DNA of 64,000 nt, from the sequence record MN850580.1; one strand, 5' to 3'. A program made the translations under genes and the position numbers. Positions 27,296 to 35,927 of this stretch are shown here, piece by piece. Within the stretch, counting starts at the first letter, position 1. The number at the start of each line of letters is the position of its first letter. The stretch is from Escherichia phage momo. The notes below the pieces were generated by a model. The model had not been told where the DNA came from. It ran no database searches and worked only from the letters and a program-made list of their open reading frames with translations.

Positions 27296-27362
27296 CCCCC
27301 TTACCTGAAAAATTTACCAGATAAGAAAGGCTTAGTCTATTGTGAATACTATACAGAATTTC

Positions 27363-28148
27363 TTAGTTCTTTGCGTCTAAGAAGGTTACTTCCGGTGAAG
27401 AGAAAACCGTCTCGATATCCTCATCATTTCTTGCATAGATGTAAGCATCTGCATCACTGCCAAATGTTACTGCAATTCTGTGATTGCTCTTCGACAGGTG
27501 GGTAACTAGAGCGTTACTTAGAGACATCTTCTCAACCGGAGGGTTACTTTGATGTATCTTACCTTTTCTTCGTCTGAAGAGGGTAACTGTATCATCTGTG
27601 AACATTACTACACCTGCAAAGTATTCTGGTTCACAGTAGTTATTCCAACCTGAGCGTAACTTGTGGTACATCTCTCCTTCGTAGACATACAGATAAACAT
27701 CTACACTCTTCATCACCTGATTAATGATAACTGTGACGGCTTGAGGGTCTAGCCCACCGATACCTGCACCAATCATAGGTAGACCAACTTTCTTCAACTG
27801 ATTGACTTCACAGTATCTGTTAAGCTGTTTCAAAGATGATTCTAAAGCACTGTATCGGGCATCTTTACCAGTCTTAAGCTGAGTGTAAAGGTTAGCTATT
27901 CGACCTTGTTTTAAACGTGCTACAGAGAAATTACCCAGTAAATTTTCACAGGGTTTGTGTCCTATACCACCTGCATATAGATAAACTTCTGTATCGGTCT
28001 CATATGCTTTTGGGTAAAGTTTAGAAATCTTGTCAGCGATACCTGCACCCATTAAATTCATACAGTTGCAACCGTGACCGATGATGTCAAACTTACCTTT
28101 ATCAAATGCGGCAAAGATATCACCATTGATTATTTTTACAATACCCAT
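27363..28148 (-). CDS. putative macro-domain-like protein (ADP-ribose binding/processing) with C-terminal extension
   Basis: N-terminal INGDIF...DIIGHGCNCMNLMGAGIA resembles the macro-domain N(A)AN and GGGV(A) motifs; assignment tentative. Confidence 0.35.
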   Translation of the reverse strand: MGIVKIINGDIFAAFDKGKFDIIGHGCNCMNLMGAGIADKISKLYPKAYETDTEVYLYAGGIGHKPCENLLGNFSVARLKQGRIANLYTQLKTGKDARYSALESSLKQLNRYCEVNQLKKVGLPMIGAGIGGLDPQAVTVIINQVMKSVDVYLYVYEGEMYHKLRSGWNNYCEPEYFAGVVMFTDDTVTLFRRRKGKIHQSNPPVEKMSLSNALVTHLSKSNHRIAVTFGSDADAYIYARNDEDIETVFSSPEVTFLDAKN

Positions 28149-28349
28149 TTAACATCTCTCCCAAGATTCTTTATCTTCTGAAGGTTTTACACGTTGTCCT
28201 TCGTGGTCTACCCAGATACATCCACAACCTTCACAGATTACTGGCATTGCATAGCCAGCTTTAAAGTCATCTTCAGTGATAAGACCTTTTAAGTCACCTG
28301 TATCACGTCCGAACATTTCGATAGAACAGTCTTTGCAGAAGTCAGCCAT
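28149..28349 (-). CDS. hypothetical Cys-rich small protein
   Basis: Start set at MADFCKDCSIEMF; C-terminal CEGCGC cluster. Confidence 0.35.
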   Translation of the reverse strand: MADFCKDCSIEMFGRDTGDLKGLITEDDFKAGYAMPVICEGCGCIWVDHEGQRVKPSEDKESWERC

Positions 28350-28569
28350 GAATAATTGCCTCTTGAATGATGATGCCTTTACCACAACGACTTTTAAAGT
28401 CTTCCAACGGTTGGGAGATGAAGCCGCGCAAGCAATCACTAAATACTAAGTTTTTCCTGTAAGCTATCACAAAGTTTGTTGTAAACGGGATGACTTCATT
28501 TCTTCCAATGAATACTGCTGACCGGATGAGTTTCCGTGTCTTTTTATCTCTGGCTAGAATTACTCTCAT
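28342..28569 (-). CDS. hypothetical protein
   Basis: 75-aa ORF filling gap, overlaps both neighbours. Confidence 0.25.
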   Translation of the reverse strand: MRVILARDKKTRKLIRSAVFIGRNEVIPFTTNFVIAYRKNLVFSDCLRGFISQPLEDFKSRCGKGIIIQEAIIHG

Positions 28570-28909
28570 AATTTACCTTCTCAGTTAGCTCATATAAATC
28601 AACATGCTCAATACTATCAATGTTGATATCAATCTTTTTGAAACGTTCCATCACTTCATTGTCAGTCATCCATATCAGACACCAATGATTGTGGATGGAT
28701 TCTTCAAGAAGGTCAACACAATCTTTAAAAGTTTTTGTATCACTTCTTGTTCCTACTACTGCGATTGTTCCATATAGCCACTTACCATTGCCATAGGTTA
28801 CCTGTGCTACACCAACTTCTTTATCGTTCTCGTAGTAAACGGCTACAAAGTCTCTTCCATTAATCTGCATTTGTAAGTTCCTCTGTTGGTAATTCACCAT
28901 TTTCAGCAA
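28544..28909 (-). CDS. hypothetical protein
   Basis: 121-aa ORF. Confidence 0.4.
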   Translation of the reverse strand: MLKMVNYQQRNLQMQINGRDFVAVYYENDKEVGVAQVTYGNGKWLYGTIAVVGTRSDTKTFKDCVDLLEESIHNHWCLIWMTDNEVMERFKKIDINIDSIEHVDLYELTEKVNYESNSSQR

Positions 28910-29174
28910 AGTATTGAAGGTACGGCAACAGTTCTTTTACCTGTTCTTGATTGAGTTTCATTCTTTGGTTACCTACAAAATCTTTGCCTACTAATGCTGG
29001 GATATCAAGTGTTTTCCAGCCACCATCTAGGTACTGAACAGAGACCTCTTTAGCACCTAACCAGATACATGGTTCATATGATGAACTCTCTTGTAAAGTA
29101 CAAATTTCCCCTTTAGCATCTTTAAATTCTGCATAAGAAAATCCACGATTTGTTGGCTGGAATTGCATAATCAT
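28860..29174 (-). CDS. hypothetical protein
   Basis: 104-aa ORF. Confidence 0.4.
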   Translation of the reverse strand: MIMQFQPTNRGFSYAEFKDAKGEICTLQESSSYEPCIWLGAKEVSVQYLDGGWKTLDIPALVGKDFVGNQRMKLNQEQVKELLPYLQYFAENGELPTEELTNAD

Positions 29175-29440
29175 TTCCTCGTTTTAAGAACTGCTAAGAT
29201 TTCTTTAGAGTCTGGTAAGAACCATGTGTAGTGATTCTCTTTGATTTCTGGATGAGTGTCAACCTTTATTTTGCACTCTTTACCAACATGCTTAAGCTGT
29301 GCTGTGACACCTTGCATAAAGATATGACACATCACGTTGTCCATAATGGTTGGTGAGAAATCAACACGCATATAAGTTTCTTTTGGTCGTGGTAGTAGTA
29401 AGTACCCTTCTACATAGAAAGTGTCTTCATTCTCTGTCAT
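29171..29440 (-). CDS. hypothetical protein
   Basis: 89-aa ORF with 4-nt start/stop overlap. Confidence 0.4.
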   Translation of the reverse strand: MTENEDTFYVEGYLLLPRPKETYMRVDFSPTIMDNVMCHIFMQGVTAQLKHVGKECKIKVDTHPEIKENHYTWFLPDSKEILAVLKTRK

Positions 29441-29706
29441 TGCTGTTTGTTTCCTAATAAAATCATATCAATAAGGTTATTAGCTTTGATTGTGCACTGG
29501 TAAAAACCATCACGATAAAACTCAAGGGCTGCTGCCACATTACTACCAGTATTACCTTTGACAGTGAATCTTGACTCTTCTTGAGTGTACTTGTCACTCT
29601 CACTTACTTGGGAGTTTTTGAATGTACTGTTCACTTTGTTCGTTGAACACCCTGACATAATTATCAGTAACACAAACATTATAAAACTCTGGCTTAGTCT
29701 TTTCAT
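29437..29706 (-). CDS. putative o-spanin (outer-membrane lipoprotein, Rz1-like)
   Basis: Signal peptide with lipobox LIIMSGC; starts inside 3' end of preceding gene in another frame. Confidence 0.5.
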   Translation of the reverse strand: MKRLSQSFIMFVLLIIMSGCSTNKVNSTFKNSQVSESDKYTQEESRFTVKGNTGSNVAAALEFYRDGFYQCTIKANNLIDMILLGNKQQ

Positions 29707-29947
29707 ATGTTAGTACCTCTTTTGTGTGCTTATTCTTAGCAAGCACGTCTTTCAAATCATTTTTGTAATTGGTGCTGAGTGTGGCTAAACCTTCCTGATA
29801 AGCATCTTTAGCAACACTTATTAGTTTCTCATTATTTAGCTCAGCTTCAGCAACTTGGTAGTCTCTGTAAGAGTATCCTCCCCAGACACCTGCCCCAACT
29901 AAGAAAACAATTATGAAAGTAGCTTGACAGAACTCTTTAAATGTCAT
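29600..29947 (-). CDS. putative i-spanin (Rz-like)
   Basis: N-terminal transmembrane helix then charged periplasmic domain; 3' end overlaps the lipoprotein gene. Confidence 0.5.
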   Translation of the reverse strand: MTFKEFCQATFIIVFLVGAGVWGGYSYRDYQVAEAELNNEKLISVAKDAYQEGLATLSTNYKNDLKDVLAKNKHTKEVLTYEKTKPEFYNVCVTDNYVRVFNEQSEQYIQKLPSK

Positions 29948-29963
29948 TTAACAATCTCCTGAA

Positions 29964-29987
29964 ATGAAAAAGGCTCCAGAAGGAGCC
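29964..29987 (-). terminator. rho-independent terminator / attenuator
   Basis: Minus strand GGCTCC-TTCT-GGAGCC followed by TTTTTC. Confidence 0.5.
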
Positions 29988-29999
29988 TGTATCTTAACC

Positions 30000-30464
30000 T
30001 TAACCGAGGACTTTAGCAAGGACATTTGCAGCCATCGAAGAAGCTTTTGCAGCAGCAGCTACCCCAGCTTTGACAGTGCTATCCTTGATAGCAGATACCG
30101 TTGCAGCATCAGTAAAGAGATAAGTAGTTGTTTTAGAACCACTTGTAAAGGAAAGCATGAGAGCAGTTTCCAGATTGAAAGAGCGATACGGAGCACCTTC
30201 TTTAACGATACCTTCAGCACCTAATTCTGAAGCCATCCCCATATCATAGATAGTCATCAGGTTTTCTTTGTGTGCAGTCGTTGAACCAGCACCTTTGACG
30301 TGTTTCTTAACATTTAAAAGAGCACGATACTCCCGAATGTTACCGTCTGCTTTTACATTGACAGCACGGAAGATTTTACCCTCAAAGTTGCTCTTGATAA
30401 TGTTACGAACTACTTCAGATTTGTTTGCTGTAACGTCCAGTGCTACCGTGATAATGTTGTTCAT
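30000..30464 (-). CDS. hypothetical protein
   Basis: 154-aa ORF, Ala-rich C-terminus. Confidence 0.4.
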   Translation of the reverse strand: MNNIITVALDVTANKSEVVRNIIKSNFEGKIFRAVNVKADGNIREYRALLNVKKHVKGAGSTTAHKENLMTIYDMGMASELGAEGIVKEGAPYRSFNLETALMLSFTSGSKTTTYLFTDAATVSAIKDSTVKAGVAAAAKASSMAANVLAKVLG

Positions 30465-30474
30465 AAGTTTTCTC

Positions 30475-31170
30475 TCAATGTTTAACTAACATGGTTTTGA
30501 TGTGTGGAAGGATTCTGTTCACCTTCTGCACATTCTTCTCTGTATCTTCTATAAAACATACTATATTAAAGTAAGGTAGAATGCAAGACTGAATCATCCT
30601 CACTTTCAAACTTTCTGCACTTATAGAGTTAGTCCCAAAACCACGCATAAAAAGCATGTAGTCATGCTCTGTGTTATGCCTTAAAAACATCTCAGTAGGT
30701 ATTCTCTGAGATTCGCCTCTCGCTGTCAAGAGTCCAACGGCAGCATGATTAGCAATTGCATCAATGATATTGAAAACATACGTTGGTTTTGCTCTTACAG
30801 AGTCAAGAAGATTAGTGTACTGTGAAAATGAACCATCAGTCAGTTCCGTTGAACAATCTTCGTGATTAAAATTTGTAAGAACACCATCAATATCTGCTAA
30901 GATGAGATTCCCTTTTTCTATAAGGTCTTTATTGACTATGACTAAACTATCACGTTTTACACCTATGGATTGTCCAGTCTTTTTGTCCACAACGTTCACA
31001 ATTGGTTCTGATGTGTGGAACTCTTCAAGTGAACATACAACTTCTCTTGCGGTGTCTTCAAAATCCCTGCACTGTTCTGGAGTCCATACACAGGAGTCAA
31101 GACCTAACTCATGAGGATGTAAGTCATAAGCGTGGCACAATACTTCATCAGACTTTCTTAATTTTTTCAT
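30475..31170 (-). CDS. putative HAD-superfamily phosphatase (nucleotidase-like)
   Basis: Motif I-like LILADIDGVLT, LLTARGES, FIEDTEKN; N-terminal extension unusual. Confidence 0.35.
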   Translation of the reverse strand: MKKLRKSDEVLCHAYDLHPHELGLDSCVWTPEQCRDFEDTAREVVCSLEEFHTSEPIVNVVDKKTGQSIGVKRDSLVIVNKDLIEKGNLILADIDGVLTNFNHEDCSTELTDGSFSQYTNLLDSVRAKPTYVFNIIDAIANHAAVGLLTARGESQRIPTEMFLRHNTEHDYMLFMRGFGTNSISAESLKVRMIQSCILPYFNIVCFIEDTEKNVQKVNRILPHIKTMLVKH

Positions 31171-31696
31171 GGTTTACCTTAGAAATGTTTGTTGCAAATT
31201 CACATTGAGCAATTACTTTCATGTTGTTATAGACATCTTGAGAATACTTCTTAGCTTTAGGGATTCTGTACGAATACCCAGCATTATATGATGCTAAGAC
31301 TTTTTGTAAAGTCTTCTTTGACTTTGGCTGACCATGTACCTTTGTCCAAAACTCAAGTTCTTTGTGCGTTTCCTTCGCAGCATAATCAAAGTCTTTTAAG
31401 AGTTTCTTTTTAGCCACATTAGGACTAATTTTGTTACGCTTTACAACAGTCTTCAAGTGATTCTGGAAGATACCATAATCATGTGTCTTTTTATTCTCTA
31501 CCTTCAGACCTAACTCTGACTCTTGTAAGGCTATAGCAGCTAGAGTGATACCCCAACCTTTACCCATGTTATTCTCACCATACTGGTAAGCTTTTAACAT
31601 GTTTACTTTTTGGCTAATTGATAGCTCTGGGCAGTCAACTGCATAAGATAAGTGTGCTGTAAACATTAAGCACAAACCTAGAATCAATTTCTTCAT
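31148..31696 (-). CDS. putative secreted lytic transglycosylase (SLT/lysozyme-like fold)
   Basis: Signal peptide MKKLILGLCLMFTAHLSYA; LQESELG and DYGIFQNH resemble SLT catalytic motifs. Confidence 0.45.
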   Translation of the reverse strand: MKKLILGLCLMFTAHLSYAVDCPELSISQKVNMLKAYQYGENNMGKGWGITLAAIALQESELGLKVENKKTHDYGIFQNHLKTVVKRNKISPNVAKKKLLKDFDYAAKETHKELEFWTKVHGQPKSKKTLQKVLASYNAGYSYRIPKAKKYSQDVYNNMKVIAQCEFATNISKVNHEKIKKV

Positions 31697-31754
31697 TGGT
31701 TCTCCTGTTTAGTTTATCGTGACAACAATTATACAGCACTCTGCACAAAATACA

Positions 31755-31779
31755 AATAAAAAAGGCTGCCGAAGCAGCC
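31755..31779 (-). terminator. rho-independent terminator after rIIB
   Basis: GGCTGC-CGAA-GCAGCC flanked by A-run and T-run. Confidence 0.6.
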
Positions 31780-31796
31780 TTTTAAGAAATTACTTA

Positions 31797-32906
31797 TTAG
31801 ATTTCACGTTTACGTTGGGAGATTAGTTCACCAGCAGTGCCAACGATGACATGCAAAGCTTCAGTCTTGCCATCCCATTCTTTCAGCACTTTACGTTGAT
31901 TATCAACGATTGCTGCAACTTCATAACGAGACGAACGCATCTTCATATCGTTGTAATCAGTTGGAACAGATACAACATCTCGTGGATGGACACGAACCTT
32001 CAGGATTGTATCACCTGAGAAGCAACGAACATAATCCCAAGCACCAACGTGAAGACCCTGAGAGCAAGTCACGTTACGGTTATTATCAACCATCCAACGT
32101 GGCATTTCTACAATGTTACCCAAATCATTAGGTACTCTGTAGGTGTGGGAGTCAACCAGCTTGCCTTCATGAGTAGAGACTTTCTTCCAACCAATGATGT
32201 AGCCTTCTTCATCAATTTCAACATCAAGGTGAGATACGAATCCCCAAAGTTGTTCTACAGAGTCTTTAGATGGGTTTTCCATCAGTTTTTCGAAGAACAT
32301 CACAAGGCGTTCAAAACCCTTATCGCCAGTTTTCATCATGTGAAGAATACGGTCAACCAGAGTAGAACGCATCTCAACAGCACCGTAGAATAGCTTGTCT
32401 CCTTTGATTGTGATAGCACCCTGAGTGAAGTTTTCGATAGACTTACGAATGTTCATCAGTTCAAATGCTTTCTTGAACTCACCTTTCACAACATGAACTA
32501 CAATCTCTTGATAGTTCGGATGGGTAGACTCAACAATTTCAGATTCTGAACCATAAGTCATGATTACAGAATCACCAGTAATCATGTACTCAATCTTGTC
32601 ATCTTTCTGCATAGCTTCATGCAGTTTATTTACTGGAGCTTTCTGTACAGCATCTTTAACGGCCTTTTCAACTTGTTTGCCAGATTTCTTTTTAACTGAT
32701 TTAGCAACTTGCTTCAAAGTCTTCGTAGCTGGTTTAGAAGCTACCTTTTTCTTACCTTTTAAGGTTGCTTCATGACGCTCTACAGCACGACCAACTGAAC
32801 GGGTTGAAGTATTGAACTTCTGTGCAATAGCTGTTTTAGTCAGCTTACCTTCTTTAACCAGTTCGTAAATTTCTGCGTCAATCTGTGCTTTAGTTTTAGT
32901 AGTCAT
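31797..32906 (-). CDS. rIIB: rIIB-like protein
   Basis: N-terminal HTH-like region; ITGDSV...THPNYQEI resembles T4 rIIB as recalled; immediately downstream of rIIA-like gene. Confidence 0.6.
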   Translation of the reverse strand: MTTKTKAQIDAEIYELVKEGKLTKTAIAQKFNTSTRSVGRAVERHEATLKGKKKVASKPATKTLKQVAKSVKKKSGKQVEKAVKDAVQKAPVNKLHEAMQKDDKIEYMITGDSVIMTYGSESEIVESTHPNYQEIVVHVVKGEFKKAFELMNIRKSIENFTQGAITIKGDKLFYGAVEMRSTLVDRILHMMKTGDKGFERLVMFFEKLMENPSKDSVEQLWGFVSHLDVEIDEEGYIIGWKKVSTHEGKLVDSHTYRVPNDLGNIVEMPRWMVDNNRNVTCSQGLHVGAWDYVRCFSGDTILKVRVHPRDVVSVPTDYNDMKMRSSRYEVAAIVDNQRKVLKEWDGKTEALHVIVGTAGELISQRKREI

Positions 32907-32985
32907 CTTATTACTCTCTCTTGTTAGTTAATAAATCATTTTGTAAGGCTATTCTAAGGGGCTTCGAAGCCCCTTGTCAAACACT

Positions 32986-35352
32986 TTAATCGTAAATTGT
33001 AGTTCCTTCTGGAACACACTTCACATCAAAGCCTAAGAACTTACTTACTTCGACGGGTGACACTTTATTCCAATCTAGATGAGAAAGCAAGAAGTTTTCT
33101 TGTTTTCTTTTTGAGAAGTAGTTTGTTACCTTAATAAACATACGGTCACCAGCTTTCTTAATTTTCTTGTAAAGTTTTGTATCATTATCAAGACACCTTT
33201 TCAAATCTTGCAACACACTAATAGTGTAAGTGTATGCAAATTGTGCAGCAATGTATTGGATTTTACCGAACATTGCCTCAACAGCATCTTCATTACCTTC
33301 TAGGAAGATAGTTTTGTTTGTATCCCGTGAATAGCAATAACCATCAGAAATCTTCCTGTTATTGAACGTAAAGTTTCTGGTAATAATCCAACAGCTTGTA
33401 AGGTCTAGGACACCACGCATACAGACGCGTGTCATATACCTGTTATGATTAATCCAATGAACATCAGTTAAGCTGTCGTTCAAGAGCTTCTCATCTACTT
33501 CAATCCAGTCTTCTGGTATCTTTTTCCAATTTGCTTTTCGGAAAACATAGACTGTCTTTCCAATGACATTGGCAACTGACTTAGCTACATCATCTGGAGA
33601 TGAGCAAAAACATTCGCCATCAACTGTGTCACCTACTGCCTTAATATAAAGCTGAGGCTCTTCAATCGTGTCTAAGTCTTCTGACACCTCTGTGTATGAG
33701 GCTACACCTTCTGCTGGAACAGCTTTCCAGAGTTTTACAACACCTCTCACAGCTTCTTTACGCTGATAATGGTGTTCCTTATCAGACATCTTCACAATCT
33801 TTAACAAGCTCTTATCAAGTTTGTGCAGATTGATTAAGTCATCTAACTCTTTCTCTGTAGAGAATACAAAGACAATACCGTTGTATCTGTGAAACAGACT
33901 TGACTCACTGGCATAGTCTCGACATGCACCACGCAAGATTTGATTGCGTCCTACAGTCTTCTCAGTACCATTTTTATTGCGACGGTCATTGATAACAAAC
34001 AAAAACTGTTCAATTTGGCTTTTACGCATTGCGCCAAAAATATTGAACATACTTGCCTCTTGAGTGTAGGAAAGTGATGTCGCACGAATCTTACTCTCTA
34101 AAGAGTTGAACTTAACATAAGCAACTGGGTCATAAAGATAATCTACTTTAGGGATGTTGTTTCCGTTTCTATCAACCTTAATATTACCTTTACCGTCACG
34201 TTCATAGATGACTGACCCGTCTTCTGCATAGATAATTCCACGACGAATATTTAGTAATTCTTCTTCCAGAGAATCAAGCTTAACACCTCCCCACTCTAGC
34301 TTTGGACACACAGCATTAAACATCTCTCGTGAGTTCAAACGTAACTCAGCATAAGCCTGTGCAGCATCCATGAGTGTAGGTTGGCTGTTAACTTTCTTGA
34401 TAACATCCTTTGTAATTGCTTCAGTTATCTTTTTAGTAGCCTCAATGATAACATTTTTTGTCGTGTCATTCATCTGCAATGCTTCACGAGAAGCTGCAAT
34501 AGCAACTGAACCAATAGGCATGTAGATGTTTACAAGGTCTACACTCCTACGGAAAAATTCTGGCAAGATTTTGAAGAAATCATCACCAAGTAATGCTTCC
34601 ATGTTAACAGGGTAGGCAATGTTACCCATCACCACATTAAACTCTGTCCTGTTACCACTAGAACGCCAGCTTTGCTTATGAATCATGGCATCATAAACAC
34701 CCTCTTCACGGGCAATGACGTTCATATCTGCTAACACGTCATCATATACAATATTACTTTCTGGTTTCACAGCAAAGTATGAGTATACGTGACCAGCCTC
34801 TTCAAAGAACTTTGAAATACGATGGTCAGCAACTGCTACACGTACAGCTAAACCATTAGGTTCTTTTGTTGGGTTAGTGGTTAGCTTAGTCACTTGAGGA
34901 ATACCATTCTCAAGATAAACAGAGTATTTATTAACAACACCATCAACGTAGCTCGATACTGTGAATGACTGAGCAATTGCAAACGGTGACTTTGAGCCGA
35001 TACCCATTGCACCAATGTAGTCATTAGAGTCATTCTTTGTAGAAGCCCCGTAGTTCAGATACAGACTCATAACTTTGTCATGAGTTAATCCAGTTCCAAA
35101 ATCACGAACTTCAAAGTAAGGCTCAAAACGAGTAGGTAAATGCACATGGAACGGGATGTTCTCTTTTCCAGCTTCTTTCTGAGCATCTACTGCGTTACAT
35201 GACAGTTCACGAATAACTGCCCTTTCTTTAAAGGTATATACACCAGAACTCAAAAGACTGAACATTTCAGGTGTCATTGTAATCTGTGCTTGAGATGTCT
35301 CCAAAGAAGTTGAACTCTTAATCACTTCTGCGTGGTCGTTTACCATGCGCAT
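32986..35352 (-). CDS. rIIA: rIIA-like protein with N-terminal GHKL ATPase fold
   Basis: Bergerat motifs ELSCNAVDA, DFGTG, GAMGIGSKS; 788 aa; followed by rIIB-like gene. Confidence 0.6.
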   Translation of the reverse strand: MRMVNDHAEVIKSSTSLETSQAQITMTPEMFSLLSSGVYTFKERAVIRELSCNAVDAQKEAGKENIPFHVHLPTRFEPYFEVRDFGTGLTHDKVMSLYLNYGASTKNDSNDYIGAMGIGSKSPFAIAQSFTVSSYVDGVVNKYSVYLENGIPQVTKLTTNPTKEPNGLAVRVAVADHRISKFFEEAGHVYSYFAVKPESNIVYDDVLADMNVIAREEGVYDAMIHKQSWRSSGNRTEFNVVMGNIAYPVNMEALLGDDFFKILPEFFRRSVDLVNIYMPIGSVAIAASREALQMNDTTKNVIIEATKKITEAITKDVIKKVNSQPTLMDAAQAYAELRLNSREMFNAVCPKLEWGGVKLDSLEEELLNIRRGIIYAEDGSVIYERDGKGNIKVDRNGNNIPKVDYLYDPVAYVKFNSLESKIRATSLSYTQEASMFNIFGAMRKSQIEQFLFVINDRRNKNGTEKTVGRNQILRGACRDYASESSLFHRYNGIVFVFSTEKELDDLINLHKLDKSLLKIVKMSDKEHHYQRKEAVRGVVKLWKAVPAEGVASYTEVSEDLDTIEEPQLYIKAVGDTVDGECFCSSPDDVAKSVANVIGKTVYVFRKANWKKIPEDWIEVDEKLLNDSLTDVHWINHNRYMTRVCMRGVLDLTSCWIITRNFTFNNRKISDGYCYSRDTNKTIFLEGNEDAVEAMFGKIQYIAAQFAYTYTISVLQDLKRCLDNDTKLYKKIKKAGDRMFIKVTNYFSKRKQENFLLSHLDWNKVSPVEVSKFLGFDVKCVPEGTTIYD

Positions 35353-35538
35353 AATACTTTCCTCTTAGTTTACTGTTAAATTACTTATTAAACATTTTAC
35401 CAGAACCACCACAAATAGGGCAACAACCTGCTCTTGTGTACCCTTCCCCGTTGCAGTAATCACACTTCTTGTGCTCTGCATAGTACTTGCAAAGAAGGTA
35501 AACAAATACTGCTACACTACCAAGTGACAGTAAAATTT

Positions 35539-35874
35539 CTATCCAATATGCTTGCATGACTCACCTCTCATATTCTTGTAAAGGATAAAGCTTCTGTCAT
35601 GGACGATACTTGTAGACACTGCAAAGTTACTTTCAAGCATCTGTTTGTTTGGATTGTAGAAGCTTTCTTTAAACTCGTCAAGTGCAAATTGGTGATGTTG
35701 TGGAAGACCTTTTACACAGATTTTTATTGTGATTGCTGCTGCAATCTTGCCAGTCAGTTCTTCTTTAGCTGCTACTAAAATTTTGTTAAGGAACTTTTTA
35801 CCATCTTCAGGTTGCTTAATGTTCTCCCAACGTTCTTCTAGGACAACGTTAATGTTCATTTCTTTGATTTTCAT
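35539..35874 (-). CDS. hypothetical protein
   Basis: 111-aa ORF. Confidence 0.4.
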   Translation of the reverse strand: MKIKEMNINVVLEERWENIKQPEDGKKFLNKILVAAKEELTGKIAAAITIKICVKGLPQHHQFALDEFKESFYNPNKQMLESNFAVSTSIVHDRSFILYKNMRGESCKHIG

Positions 35875-35889
35875 AATCTTCTCCAGAAA

Positions 35890-35912
35890 TTAAAAAGGCT
35901 CCCGTAGGAGCC
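35890..35912 (-). terminator. rho-independent terminator after NAMPT-like gene
   Basis: GGCTCC-TACG-GGAGCC followed by TTTTTAATTT. Confidence 0.55.
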
Positions 35913-35927
35913 TCTTATCATATACTT

